Source: Acanthaster planci (taxonomy: Eukaryota). Taken from it: DNA of 64,000 bases. A program made the translations under genes and the position numbers. Where the stretch lies: assembly GCF_001949145.1 (NCBI RefSeq), contig NW_019091356.1, forward strand, positions 1,178,789-1,242,788, written 5' to 3'. The notes beneath the pieces were generated by a model, which was not told where the DNA came from, made no database searches, and worked only from the letters and a program-made list of their open reading frames with translations. This document shows, piece by piece, positions 1 to 17,457 of this stretch (within the stretch, counting starts at the first letter, position 1; every line of letters starts with the position of its first letter).

Positions 1-47
1 TCCATCTACAACAGCCCATTGATTTCCTTAATGCGCCACTCGTTCAG

Positions 48-518
48 ATATGTTGATTGGGATAGGAGTAGCAACTACCATTGCAACGGCACAGAACGGT
101 GGAATTTTCAAAGTAGGTTATTATTTTGTCCTTTTCACGTGCTCACGGAAATTTCTAAACTTTTGGCAGGATAGGAGATAACTTCAGTTCACTGCACATT
201 TAGTTAAACGTGATGAAAGGAATGGTTAAAGTTTTCTGTTTATTTATGGTCGTGTACAGAGCAGCGAATGCAGAGTCAAACATATTCACGGCGCATTCAA
301 TCTCGCTTTCGGTTTTGCTACTTTTATTTCAGTTGAAGACGGACACACTGCAGTTTGTATTGGCCGCCGGTCTAGGCATCAGCCTCTTCACGTCCATGTT
401 CTTCATGATAGCAGCCAGGTTCCGGGCAACTAAAATCTATGCTGTTCTGCTGTATATCTTTTACGCGGTGTTTCTGACTATCGCCATCTTGACCGAAACC
501 AAAGTCATCAAGTGGTGA
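48..518 (+). CDS. SLC8B1: Na+/Ca2+(Li+) exchanger NCLX/CCX family, last two coding exons (5' part outside window)
   Basis: Exons 48-112 (cag|..MLIGIGVATTIATAQNGGIFK|gt) and 333-518 (LKTDTLQFVLAAGLGISLF...YAVFLTIAILTETKVIKW*) join in phase 0. The product matches the end of the alpha-2 repeat and the last TM helices of NCLX. Confidence 0.85.
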
Positions 519-1586
519 AAAATAAATGTAAAATATCCTGCCTTCCTAGTCAGTTTATTCAACTCTCTTTTTTATACGTTTAGGCAATATTTCCTTCAAC
601 TATGAAGTTATTTAAATCTGTTTTCTCAGATAATATTTGAGACTTTTAGGGGAGTTACCACCCCTTCATACTTCTATTTTAGAATTTTGTTAACCCGAAA
701 TAATTGTTAATGCTAAACTCATCAGTTCAGTGATACTAAGATATACAATACCAAGTCTGATACCTCAGTCGTGGTCTGTGCCACATACACCTTTTTAGTT
801 AGTTTTTCAAATGCATCCGCCAATGTTTTGAATTTCCAAGGGTTTGAAATATTTCTGGTTAAGGAAAAACTTTTTTTCCATTTATAGTGTAATGATCAGC
901 GACGCTGTGACCTCAAAGCTATCTGTTATCTACGTGTAAATTCTACCGAAAAGAAACACAGAACACAGAACCAAATAATTTTTCTCTTTGCCAATAAAAT
1001 CAAACGTTAACTGTTTATTAATTCCTTTTCGTTTTCCTTCATTGATCTTCAGCCCATTTGTCATTTTTGATCGACACAAAAAACTACAAAATATGTTTGA
1101 AAAACATGAACAACCTGAGCAAGTAAAAAAAACAAATACGGAATAACTTTGACCTTAGATTTGGCAAATTATGCAACTAAAAAGAATTCGAAAACTTAAA
1201 AAGGATTTTGCTTAAAGAAAGGGATTTCAATCCAAAGAATTTATGTCTGATCTGATTGAAATCAGTCTGCAGTAAATTTAAATGTTTTGGAGATTATTCG
1301 ATGCTATTCGATACTATGTAATGACTGAGGCACGTGATAGGTATTTTGTGTAAAGGATTAATTCGGCACGTACGTTGCTCTACTGAGGGCTATATTGCGC
1401 CATGGGCATAGTTTACCAGCTAGCACAATTTGGGATTTTATTCGGATGGGTTCCGTGGCTATTCAAAATATTTGGTCAACTTTAATACTGCTAATTGATA
1501 TTGATTCAGTCATGTCCAATTTATAAAACGAGATGGTTTCATTGTCTTGGAATGTCTTCACGGACGCATGTCTGACCTGGAGTCCT

Positions 1587-3146
<1,560 letters not shown>

Positions 3147-3454
3147 CTAAAAGTTGGAAAGCGAATATTTTCAGGAGAGGTAAAACATAGAGGGGTGTAA
3201 TTTCGATGGCAAAGTGGTTTGGCCTCTTCAGAAATAGAGTGAATGTAGTTTATGTAATGTGAATCTCTTCATAATAGCTATAAGTGTGAGAGTCGATTCT
3301 GACTTTCAACTCTAATATTGAAATAGATTACATTGAACAGTTGTGATTGCCAGGGTGTACGAAATACACTTTTGCTGTAACTTTACTTCATTTAGACCAA
3401 GACGAATCGATTTTAACGGTACTCTGCATAAACTGATGGCATGAGACGGCAGAA

Positions 3455-3811
3455 NNNNNNNNNNNNNNNNNNNNNNNNNNNNNNNNNNNNNNNNNNNNNN
3501 NNNNNNNNNNNNNNNNNNNNNNNNNNNNNNNNNNNNNNNNNNNNNNNNNNNNNNNNNNNNNNNNNNNNNNNNNNNNNNNNNNNNNNNNNNNNNNNNNNNN
3601 NNNNNNNNNNNNNNNNNNNNNNNNNNNNNNNNNNNNNNNNNNNNNNNNNNNNNNNNNNNNNNNNNNNNNNNNNNNNNNNNNNNNNNNNNNNNNNNNNNNN
3701 NNNNNNNNNNNNNNNNNNNNNNNNNNNNNNNNNNNNNNNNNNNNNNNNNNNNNNNNNNNNNNNNNNNNNNNNNNNNNNNNNNNNNNNNNNNNNNNNNNNN
3801 NNNNNNNNNNN
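3455..3811. other. Assembly gap (357 N)
   Basis: Run of N. Confidence 1.
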
Positions 3812-4690
3812 CCCTGGCTTCTTTGTTTGCCAATGACATGCTGTGTTTTGACAATTTATGGGGAGGTAATCGCTAAATGTGAAAAAACGAACTTAAGTGA
3901 AGTCCTCTCAAAGTCCACCGATTAAAACGAATCCACACTTTCCTGCAGCTGGACAATTCTAGGACGGATTTTATTTCGAACGAAGTTTGCTTTGGGCGTA
4001 TTTTTTCCCCTGTTGCTTTCAGAATGGCCGTACTACTCACCAAGGTTTTGCGCTTGTATGACAACAAGGCGCACAGAAAGCAGTGTTGTCGATTGACCCT
4101 GTATTTAAGGTACACAAAATTCGTCTCCTTTGGACCTGCAAACAACGATTGCTTGCAGGCTTGCGTTTATTTTATTTGACCTCTAAAAAGCCTTATCACG
4201 TGGTTGTTTCTCCTGATTGGGTCTTGTGTAAGTGCAACATAAACAATTACAGGTTAAAATAGATGCTGCGTAAGTAACCAAATTTACCTGCAGGTTACTC
4301 AGCAAATCTTGTCAACTTAAATTGGTTGGGCCCAAGTTTGATTCACGTCAACCACGTTCAGCATTGAATGATTGCATTGGCTAACCGATTAAGCGATCTC
4401 CGCATGTCGTCAAGGGTCGAGAACAGAGCCGCAGCCCCTGGGCGCAGGAATTCAAGATGAGGTGGTCACGAGTTTAAGGAAAACAAAAGCTGTATTGCCT
4501 GATCCATAGTCCTCACTTTTCGGGTGAGAGCAGCACCGGTAAGTATGTAATTTTTTTCAATATTGGCTGTTTCTTCACGCATTCCAGGTATAGACAAAAC
4601 ACATCTCTATCACATCCATATTGTAATTAATACCACTATCAGACCGCCATGAAAACGTGCTCCGTTCAATAACTTGTAGATTATTTCATG
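3812..4690 (+). pseudogene. Truncated cathepsin L copy: promoter, non-coding exon 1 and part of intron 1 only
   Basis: Diverged reverse complement of ~10336-11832 (copy 2 upstream region), e.g. shared ctctcaaagtccaccgattaaaacgaatccacactttcctgcagctggacaatt. Donor CAGCACCG|gtaagt at 4539 equals the copy 2 donor at 10504. Homology stops at ~4690, before the coding exon. Confidence 0.8.
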
Positions 4691-4928
4691 ATTGTTGGCC
4701 CAGCGACCTGCCATTTTTTGCCAGCCCTGCCGAAGACGTGCTCATCCTAACCGAGTAATTTTCGAACCATTTTCAGCAGTTTCGCCGTGGGTATTGTTTT
4801 ATAAATGTTCTCGAGTGATAAGTACTGTAAACCGTAGGACCAATGAGAGGTTCAAAGGATTATTTTTTCTTCTCTGTTCGTCCCAGTGTAGCACGGCAAA
4901 TTAGGCCTACGTTAGTCATGGGTGATAT

Positions 4929-5829
4929 TGTGAAGCCGTGCCCCTCCGACGAAGGCGAGGGCGCCCTCTTCCTCGAGGCGCGGTGCGTCGGACGGCACGC
5001 CGGAGAGTCCCTGAGCGGCTAGGGAGGTGTCTGTTGGGACCGGAGTATACCGTCCCCCAAGAAAGTTGGTCTTCGTCGAGATGATGGCTAATCTAATTGG
5101 TCGAAACATAAAGACGTAACCCAGACAGACCTGACTTGAAATAAACTTCGCCTGGACTCCTGACTTATATACAACAATTAACAAGCGGCTGGTTTATTCA
5201 TCAACAAACTCAACCAATACACCAGTAGAGGGCGCTATTGACGGGGCGACTGTGTGATTATACGTGACCGGACTTCGCCCAGAGCAGCGAACACCACAAT
5301 TAGTTGTGGGCATCCAGTGCCGAATCAGGAACTTTAGCAACTCTACGGGGCTTATTGTCAGGGCTGCGCTACACGCAACTGACGTCACGAGATAGCAATC
5401 CGCCCTTGCATCGACCGCAAGCTCCTATCAGGAACTATACTGCACCACCAATTAGCCCCTCAACATACCGAGCCCCTCAACGACACACGCACCACTCGGA
5501 CTTAGGCACAACACTAGGCTAGGTGACTTTAACCCTTGTACAGGATTCTTGACCCTTACCTTGGGATCAGCCCTTGACCAGGACGACTAGCCTTGCTTAG
5601 CGCGCGCCTTTTATAGCCTTTGTGCTGCTTTGACCACGCCCGCGCACGCGCTCACGTGACCAAGCAGTGACTGCCGCTGCCCTATTGCACAACGCACAAG
5701 GCGGAGCCTATGTGCCGCGCTTGCTTAACACACAGCTATGCGCGCATAACGTCGGCCTCTGTGACTGGTCAGAGCGCCATCTATAACTTTGCACCGCGCC
5801 TAGTGACTAGCGCCCTCTGTCACGTCACA
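4929..5829 (-). mobile_element. Solo LTR of an LTR retrotransposon (Ty3/gypsy-like, 4-bp TSD)
   Basis: 901-bp GC-rich block with TGTGA...TCACA termini and ATAT on both sides (4925-4928, 5830-5833). Minus strand has TATAAAA (5609-5615) followed downstream by AATAAA (5193-5198). No internal gag/pol. Confidence 0.8.
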
Positions 5830-7097
5830 ATATTAAGCTGTGTCGAGGATGCACGGAGATTAGCAGAGCTTCGGATTGCTATCGTTAATTATTCATAAAG
5901 GGGAGTATCCGGTGTTATAATTTTGAATGATTGTTGCATTTCGTGATAAATAGGCTTCCATCGCCGGCTAAGACGGTCGGGAACTGTTGTTTTCTTAACT
6001 ATGGAGGCCGAGTGGTGCCATGGTTTCGGTACCGATTTCCTTTGTGGGGAAACCTTTTGAGCGTTGTTCGCAGTCCTTATTATTACTGTTAGAGAGTTCC
6101 TCATTCCAAGATGTATTGTGAACCATGTATGTCACCATAAGATAAATCACAATACTGAAATTTGCGGAGATTGTTCAAGTGATAGCTTTGTGAATTACTT
6201 CACACACCGGTAATGTTTACCTTGTGTTTCAATGAACATTGTAGCGAGATGATGGTTAATTGTTGTTGTGCATCTTGCAGGGAGGTGGTAACAAGTGTGC
6301 TCATTTTGTCATATATGTATTGAACCTGATTTGTGAAACTGGTTTTTGATGTTCATGTAGCTACGGTAGCCAGGCTGTGCCATTACTAGGGGTAAGCAAG
6401 CATAGAACTCAGGCAACACACTCACTCAGCCGATTGTTTGAGCGTGTTGTGGTATTACCACGTACTTTATTTAGCTTTTGTTGTACTTATAAAGTTTTCT
6501 AATTTTATAAGGTACTCGCCAATTGTGCTGTTAATTTTGCCAATTTTTGCCAATCAAATCAACTATTTACTGTTTCTTATCTCCTTTTCGTGTTCCTTCA
6601 TTGATGTTCAGCCTCTTCGTCATGTTTAATGTGAAAAAGAAAAATTCAACATATTTTTGAAAAAACTCAACATCTCAAGAACAGAACAAACAACATATAC
6701 AGAATAACGCTGACTATAGCTTTGGCAAATTAGTCAACTAAAAACAACTCGAAAATGTGCAGACATTTTTCTGCTTCAATGTAAAGAAAAAGATTTTGAT
6801 CCAAAGAATCAATGTCTGTTCTGCTTGAGGTAAATTTGAATTAAATTTAAAGGTTTCAGAAGAGTATGCGATAATGTACTGACAGAGGCACCTTATACAC
6901 TTTATTGCGCCATGGCCTTAATTTACCAGCATGCACCATTTGGCCTTTAAGTCGGATGGGATTCGTTGCTGTTCAAAATAAAATTGGGCAACTTTATAGC
7001 TGATATTTGATATTAATTCAGTTAGTCCTATTGATAAAACGAGATGGTTTAAGTGTCTTAGAATGTTATCATGGATGCATGTCTGGCCTGGAGTCCT

Positions 7098-10229
<3,132 letters not shown>

Positions 10230-10504
10230 GGTGTTTGATCTGATTATGACTTTAATGGAACTGCATGAGAATAAAGGCTGCAAATGTTTAGAAAAGGAAA
10301 GAAATATGTAAAAAGAAGTGCGACTTTCAATGACCAATGAAATAATCTACAAGTTATTGAACGGAGCACGTTATCATGGCAGTCTGATAGTGGTATTAAT
10401 TACAATATGAATGTGATAGAGATGCGTCGTTATTATTAAATGTTTATACACAAAATGCATGAAGAAACAGACAATATTGACGAAAACATGACTTAATTAC
10501 CTAC

Positions 10505-11832
10505 CGGTGCTGCCCTTACGCGATAACTGAGGATTATGGATCAGGTGATTCAGCTTTTATTTCCTTAACCTCGTGACCACTTCAGCTTGAATCCCCGTGC
10601 CCAGGGGATGTGGCTCTATTCCTGATCCTTGACGACAGGGAGACCACTTAATCGGTAAGGCAATTCAACCATTTCATGCTGAATTAGGTTGACGTGAGTC
10701 GAACTTGGGACTAACCAATTTAAGTTGACAAAATTTGCCAAGCAACCTGCAGATAAGTTTGTTTACTAACGCAACCTCTATTTGAATCTGTAATTATTTA
10801 CATATAATGTCGGTTTCTGTTGGTAGTCTGGTATCCAACCTAACAAACCAGAAAACGAACCGTCAATAGCGGAAAACTACAGCTGCGGCACTTATTGCCC
10901 TTTACATATTTACACTCGTGACTACATGATACCCACTTACCTGTCCAGTTATCACCTGTGTAAACTGACTTTGCCCCCCCCCCGCTGCGTCACTTGAGCA
11001 ACATTTTTACCAACACTTATCTGCTCTATTTTCAACAAGAAGCACCACAACTTGTCACGAAGACGACAAAAAAGAGAATGTATGAGATACTTTCAGATCC
11101 ACAGCGGCTACTGTTCTACTGTGGTATACTTGGGGTGGAATGGAGGGGGGGTAACAGGTGTGAACGCATATTTTTCATGGAGGCCAGTGGCCTAGGGGAA
11201 CAGATTTTGCCCTCTTAACGGTTGTTAAATTGTTTTCAATCCATCAGAGAATCCTCTAGTACCGTTTGAAACTGCTGGCTGGTGCTTTCAATTTCTAGAA
11301 ACAAAAGGCCGCTTGGTCCCCCCCACGGCACCGAGGGGCGTTTCCCTGATTCATCCCCGTCATTTTGCACGAGACCCAATCACGAGACAACAACCACGTG
11401 ATGAGGCCTTTTTTTAGATCAATAATGTCAAAGAAACGCAAGCACGCAATCGTTGTTTACAGGTCCAAAGGAGACGAACCTCGTGTTCCATCAAATCCAG
11501 TACTTATGTTTGCAGAACAAGGTCCTAAATACGGGGTCAATTGACAACATTGCTTTCTGTGCGCCTTGTTGTCATACAAGCGCAGTGCCTGGTTGGGTAT
11601 TACTGCCATTCTGAAAGCAACAGGAAATAAAAATCACACCCAAAGAAAGCTTCGTTCGAAATAAAATCTGTCCTGGAATTGTCCAGCTGCAGGAAAGTGT
11701 GGATTCGTTTTAATCGGTGGACTTTGAGAGGTTTGATAAGGAGTTCACTTAAGTTCCTTGTTTCACATTTGACAAATACTTCCCCATAATTTATCACAAC
11801 ACAGCACGTCATTGGTAAACAAAGTGGCCATG
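10505..11832 (-). promoter_or_regulatory. Cathepsin L copy 2 non-coding exon 1 and upstream promoter region
   Basis: Lies upstream of the ATG. Conserved with 3812-4538, including E-box CACGTG (11395-11400 / 4197-4202), CCAAT and TGACGT elements. Confidence 0.6.
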
Positions 11833-12422
11833 NNNNNNNNNNNNNNNNNNNNNNNNNNNNNNNNNNNNNNNNNNNNNNNNNNNNNNNNNNNNNNNNNNNN
11901 NNNNNNNNNNNNNNNNNNNNNNNNNNNNNNNNNNNNNNNNNNNNNNNNNNNNNNNNNNNNNNNNNNNNNNNNNNNNNNNNNNNNNNNNNNNNNNNNNNNN
12001 NNNNNNNNNNNNNNNNNNNNNNNNNNNNNNNNNNNNNNNNNNNNNNNNNNNNNNNNNNNNNNNNNNNNNNNNNNNNNNNNNNNNNNNNNNNNNNNNNNNN
12101 NNNNNNNNNNNNNNNNNNNNNNNNNNNNNNNNNNNNNNNNNNNNNNNNNNNNNNNNNNNNNNNNNNNNNNNNNNNNNNNNNNNNNNNNNNNNNNNNNNNN
12201 NNNNNNNNNNNNNNNNNNNNNNNNNNNNNNNNNNNNNNNNNNNNNNNNNNNNNNNNNNNNNNNNNNNNNNNNNNNNNNNNNNNNNNNNNNNNNNNNNNNN
12301 NNNNNNNNNNNNNNNNNNNNNNNNNNNNNNNNNNNNNNNNNNNNNNNNNNNNNNNNNNNNNNNNNNNNNNNNNNNNNNNNNNNNNNNNNNNNNNNNNNNN
12401 NNNNNNNNNNNNNNNNNNNNNN
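11833..12422. other. Assembly gap (590 N)
   Basis: Run of N. Confidence 1.
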
Positions 12423-12540
12423 NCAAGATTCCCTAATTCTTCGAAACTCCTCGTTCAGAAAAATACAGTTCCAATTTATTCTAAACCTTTAAGATCACAC
12501 ACCTTAACCAGCCTTTCTCTACTTCTTTATTAACACGTAG

Positions 12541-14281
<1,741 letters not shown>

Positions 14282-14429
14282 ACCAGTGAGCGAGCTCCCT
14301 TTTTTACCTGAAGAGGGGGACGTAAAGAGTTGCTCCAAGGATAAACTTTAACAGTTAAACCAATTTCGAATGATAGATTCATTAGAAATATCACGTCTTC
14401 ATATCGACTCAGCATTAAACTTTAAAGTT

Positions 14430-16055
14430 TTCAACCTAAAAGAGCCTGGGTGGAATCCCCCTCCATTAACATTTTTCCCCGATATCGCTGCAATGCATTT
14501 TTAAGGCGTTGATCCTTTAAAAGTTTTAGAGTACCTCTTTACGGTCATTTTGACAACAATTTCGCGAAAAATCAGACAAACCGTTCTTGCGCAGTGCGCA
14601 TTTTTCGGAGACGGGTCAGCCCCTCAAACATGTATACTCTTTCTACTGCATTGCTCATTTCACGCTGGCTGGCTCGCATGTAGCCATGAACGTCAAATGA
14701 CCGTAACAGCAAAACCGTACGTTTGATCAAGTTCAGGCCTTGCATTTGTAATGATAAGGTGTGTCTTTACATGCATGCCAAGTTTCCAAACATTCTATAT
14801 TTGTTGTTGCATTGCAGTACAACTGATTACAACCATTTTGCACCCAGTGATATCAGTATTACTCAGTGTACAGCTTAGTTTTTGACGCTTCGTTTCGCAT
14901 AAATCTTTAGTTGTTGACGGTTCGAAAATGAAGTAAAAAGGACACTTGTACCGTTTAAAAGAGACAGTCTGGGCAGCCTTATTTTGTTTCGTGATCCTGT
15001 GTGTTGATTTTGTATTTTGGTTTGATTCAAATGATTCCAGTGGCCTGACGTGACTACTTACACCATCATACTGAAAGTCTTTGAAAAAGTATCTGAAAAC
15101 CCACACAAACTTTTAAGAAGTTCTTCAAAGCTGATAAATTCTAATAAAATATGATTTCCTCAACATACATACCCAACCATACGTTGGCTAAAAAATTATT
15201 TCATGTTTTTTGGGTGCATTTTAAAAGATTTCATATTCACTTCAGAAAATCCTGCCAAAATCTAAATTTCATCGGAAGTTTAAAGTGGGTGAGAAAAACG
15301 AAGATTTTTGAAACAGAAAATGGGGACTTTGATAAAATTTCACTTTAATGAAATTTGAGGTCAAATATTGCTCCAGCAATTAGGCATTCTATAAAGTGCG
15401 TTCCATTAGGGGCCGTGCCTGGTTACGGCTTATCAACAATATCGTCGCGGCAGTTCTCATACCCTGAATGTCCTCTTCCTTTTCAATGCTTAATATTCCC
15501 AAGTGCATGCACCTTTGTGCAACGGAACAAAATTCACATTTTTGTACTCAGAAAGGAACAAGGAATCTTATGATATAGGTTTGAAGGTATCCCCTTCGAG
15601 TTCTGTATGTCAAAATAATGGATAAAATGGGATTGGTCCATTTACTGAAAAAAATGACCAGAAACGGAGAAAAGAGAAAAATTCTCACCGTTTGACATGC
15701 GATAACAACTTCGAGACTCTTTACTTTCTTCTTCGGTCAATAGATGTCAGCATTTTCCGACTTAACACTCAACAGAGGGCAGTATTCTTTGAGAAACAGT
15801 AGGCATACATTTCTTGCATGTGCGTTTCGACAACTCAAATTAGCCACGCTCGGCGGTCATGTCAATAGTCACGCTCTCAATATTCTTGATTTCTGTAATT
15901 ATTTCGGTATGTCTTTGCCTTTCTGTCGTAATTTTATGAGAAGGAAGCTTAATAAACTAGTTGGAGTGACTCGAAGCCGAGATAGCTCTTTGAGACAGAG
16001 TAGCAATCCTCTAAAAAAACCACTTAGTGTTTGGCCAGAATAGGAAATGTTAATA
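14430..16055. repeat. Possible degenerate non-autonomous DNA-transposon sequence
   Basis: AT-rich non-coding block between convergent 3' ends with texture typical of invertebrate DNA-element interiors. No clean TIR/TSD found; boundaries approximate. Confidence 0.25.
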
Positions 16056-17457
16056 TCGCGGTACCTCTAACACTAACAGTGCTAAACATTTTCTATATTT
16101 AGGTATAATCATGTTCTGATTGCAAAGGCGCATCTAGACTGTAACTACAAAAGAAAAGTTCTGTAGGCTTTGGGAAGGAAAACACGTGTAAGTTGATATG
16201 AGAAACCACTTGTTTTGAAGTTGAACACACTTCCGGAATATCAACTTGCTTATGATTTAAGAGAGAGAGCTCAAATAAATTTGCCTATGATTATTCATAC
16301 TTTATCAATGCAAATCTGTCTTGATATGTGAGATTTATAGAAATTCCAGCCTCAAACCTCTAGAACAAACCCGCTCTCAGACGCAGTATTACAGAAATAC
16401 TGAGATTAGAAATACTTGATAATTCTCTTAATTACACATTAGATATCAGTAAATACTATGGAGATACAATCATGTTGCTTTGAGCTGCTTATTTTACTTG
16501 TTGTTTTGAAATAAAACTTGCCCCTTTTGAAAGATTAATTTAAACCGAAATAGGTAGGTCTAAATCAATCGAAGGTATTTTTTGCTAAACTTGTGTCAAT
16601 CTGAATTTTACAAGGAACATGCGTGCGTCCTTAAGGGCCTTGATGGACAATCGCATTTCGTAATTTAGACTGTAGTGGTAGTCGTAAAAACTGAAAAGAA
16701 ATTGTAAAAGTTAAAAATACGTTAAAAGATTAAAGTCTGCTGATTATCAACGTGTGCACAAAATTGTTGCTTTCCATAACCAGATAGCGCCACGGTGGTT
16801 TTTCTTGATTTCGTTTCCCCCTTGGTACTTAAAAACAATGCCACACCACGTGCGTGACGAGATGCAACCATGCAATTTAACAGCAACGCCCGTGGCACTT
16901 CAATTGTTTCAAAGTTTTATTTAAGCTATCAGAAAATAACGCACTCATTAAAACGTATCAACTGCAGAATGCCCTGAAACACAAGTTAAAAACATCAGAT
17001 CAAACACTGACTAATACATGAAGAGACTTTAAGTCTAAAACGTCATCCAGTTCAATTTTAAAAAGTTACATTAAACATTTCCCTTTAACAGTGTGATTTT
17101 ACAATTCACTAGATTTTAGTATCATGCATTTCATTTTTTTTAAGTCAAAGTCTGCCGTATAATAAGTTTAAACGCAGCAACGGTCAATATAATCTTGGAG
17201 AGTAAGGGGCAAGGAAGAAGTCTTGACGGAGGGACTGGTCTCATGGTACCGATTCGCGGGGTCGAGAGAGGGTGAGGCCGCAGTCAAAGGCCAGAACTGA
17301 TTTGTCTAGGAATCGGCTGTAAAGCTTAAAGTACTACATGTAACGAAATACTCAGCGGGTTGACTGTAATCGGCATTGTGGCATACCAACATGTGGCTTG
17401 GTATTTTCACACCCTCCCCTTCTGTGATTGGTCGTCGCCCCGCCTTCCATCCTGGCT

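Noticed and set aside
3312..3854. ORFs containing long X runs (also 11809-12492)
   Set aside because: Artefacts of translating N-gaps.
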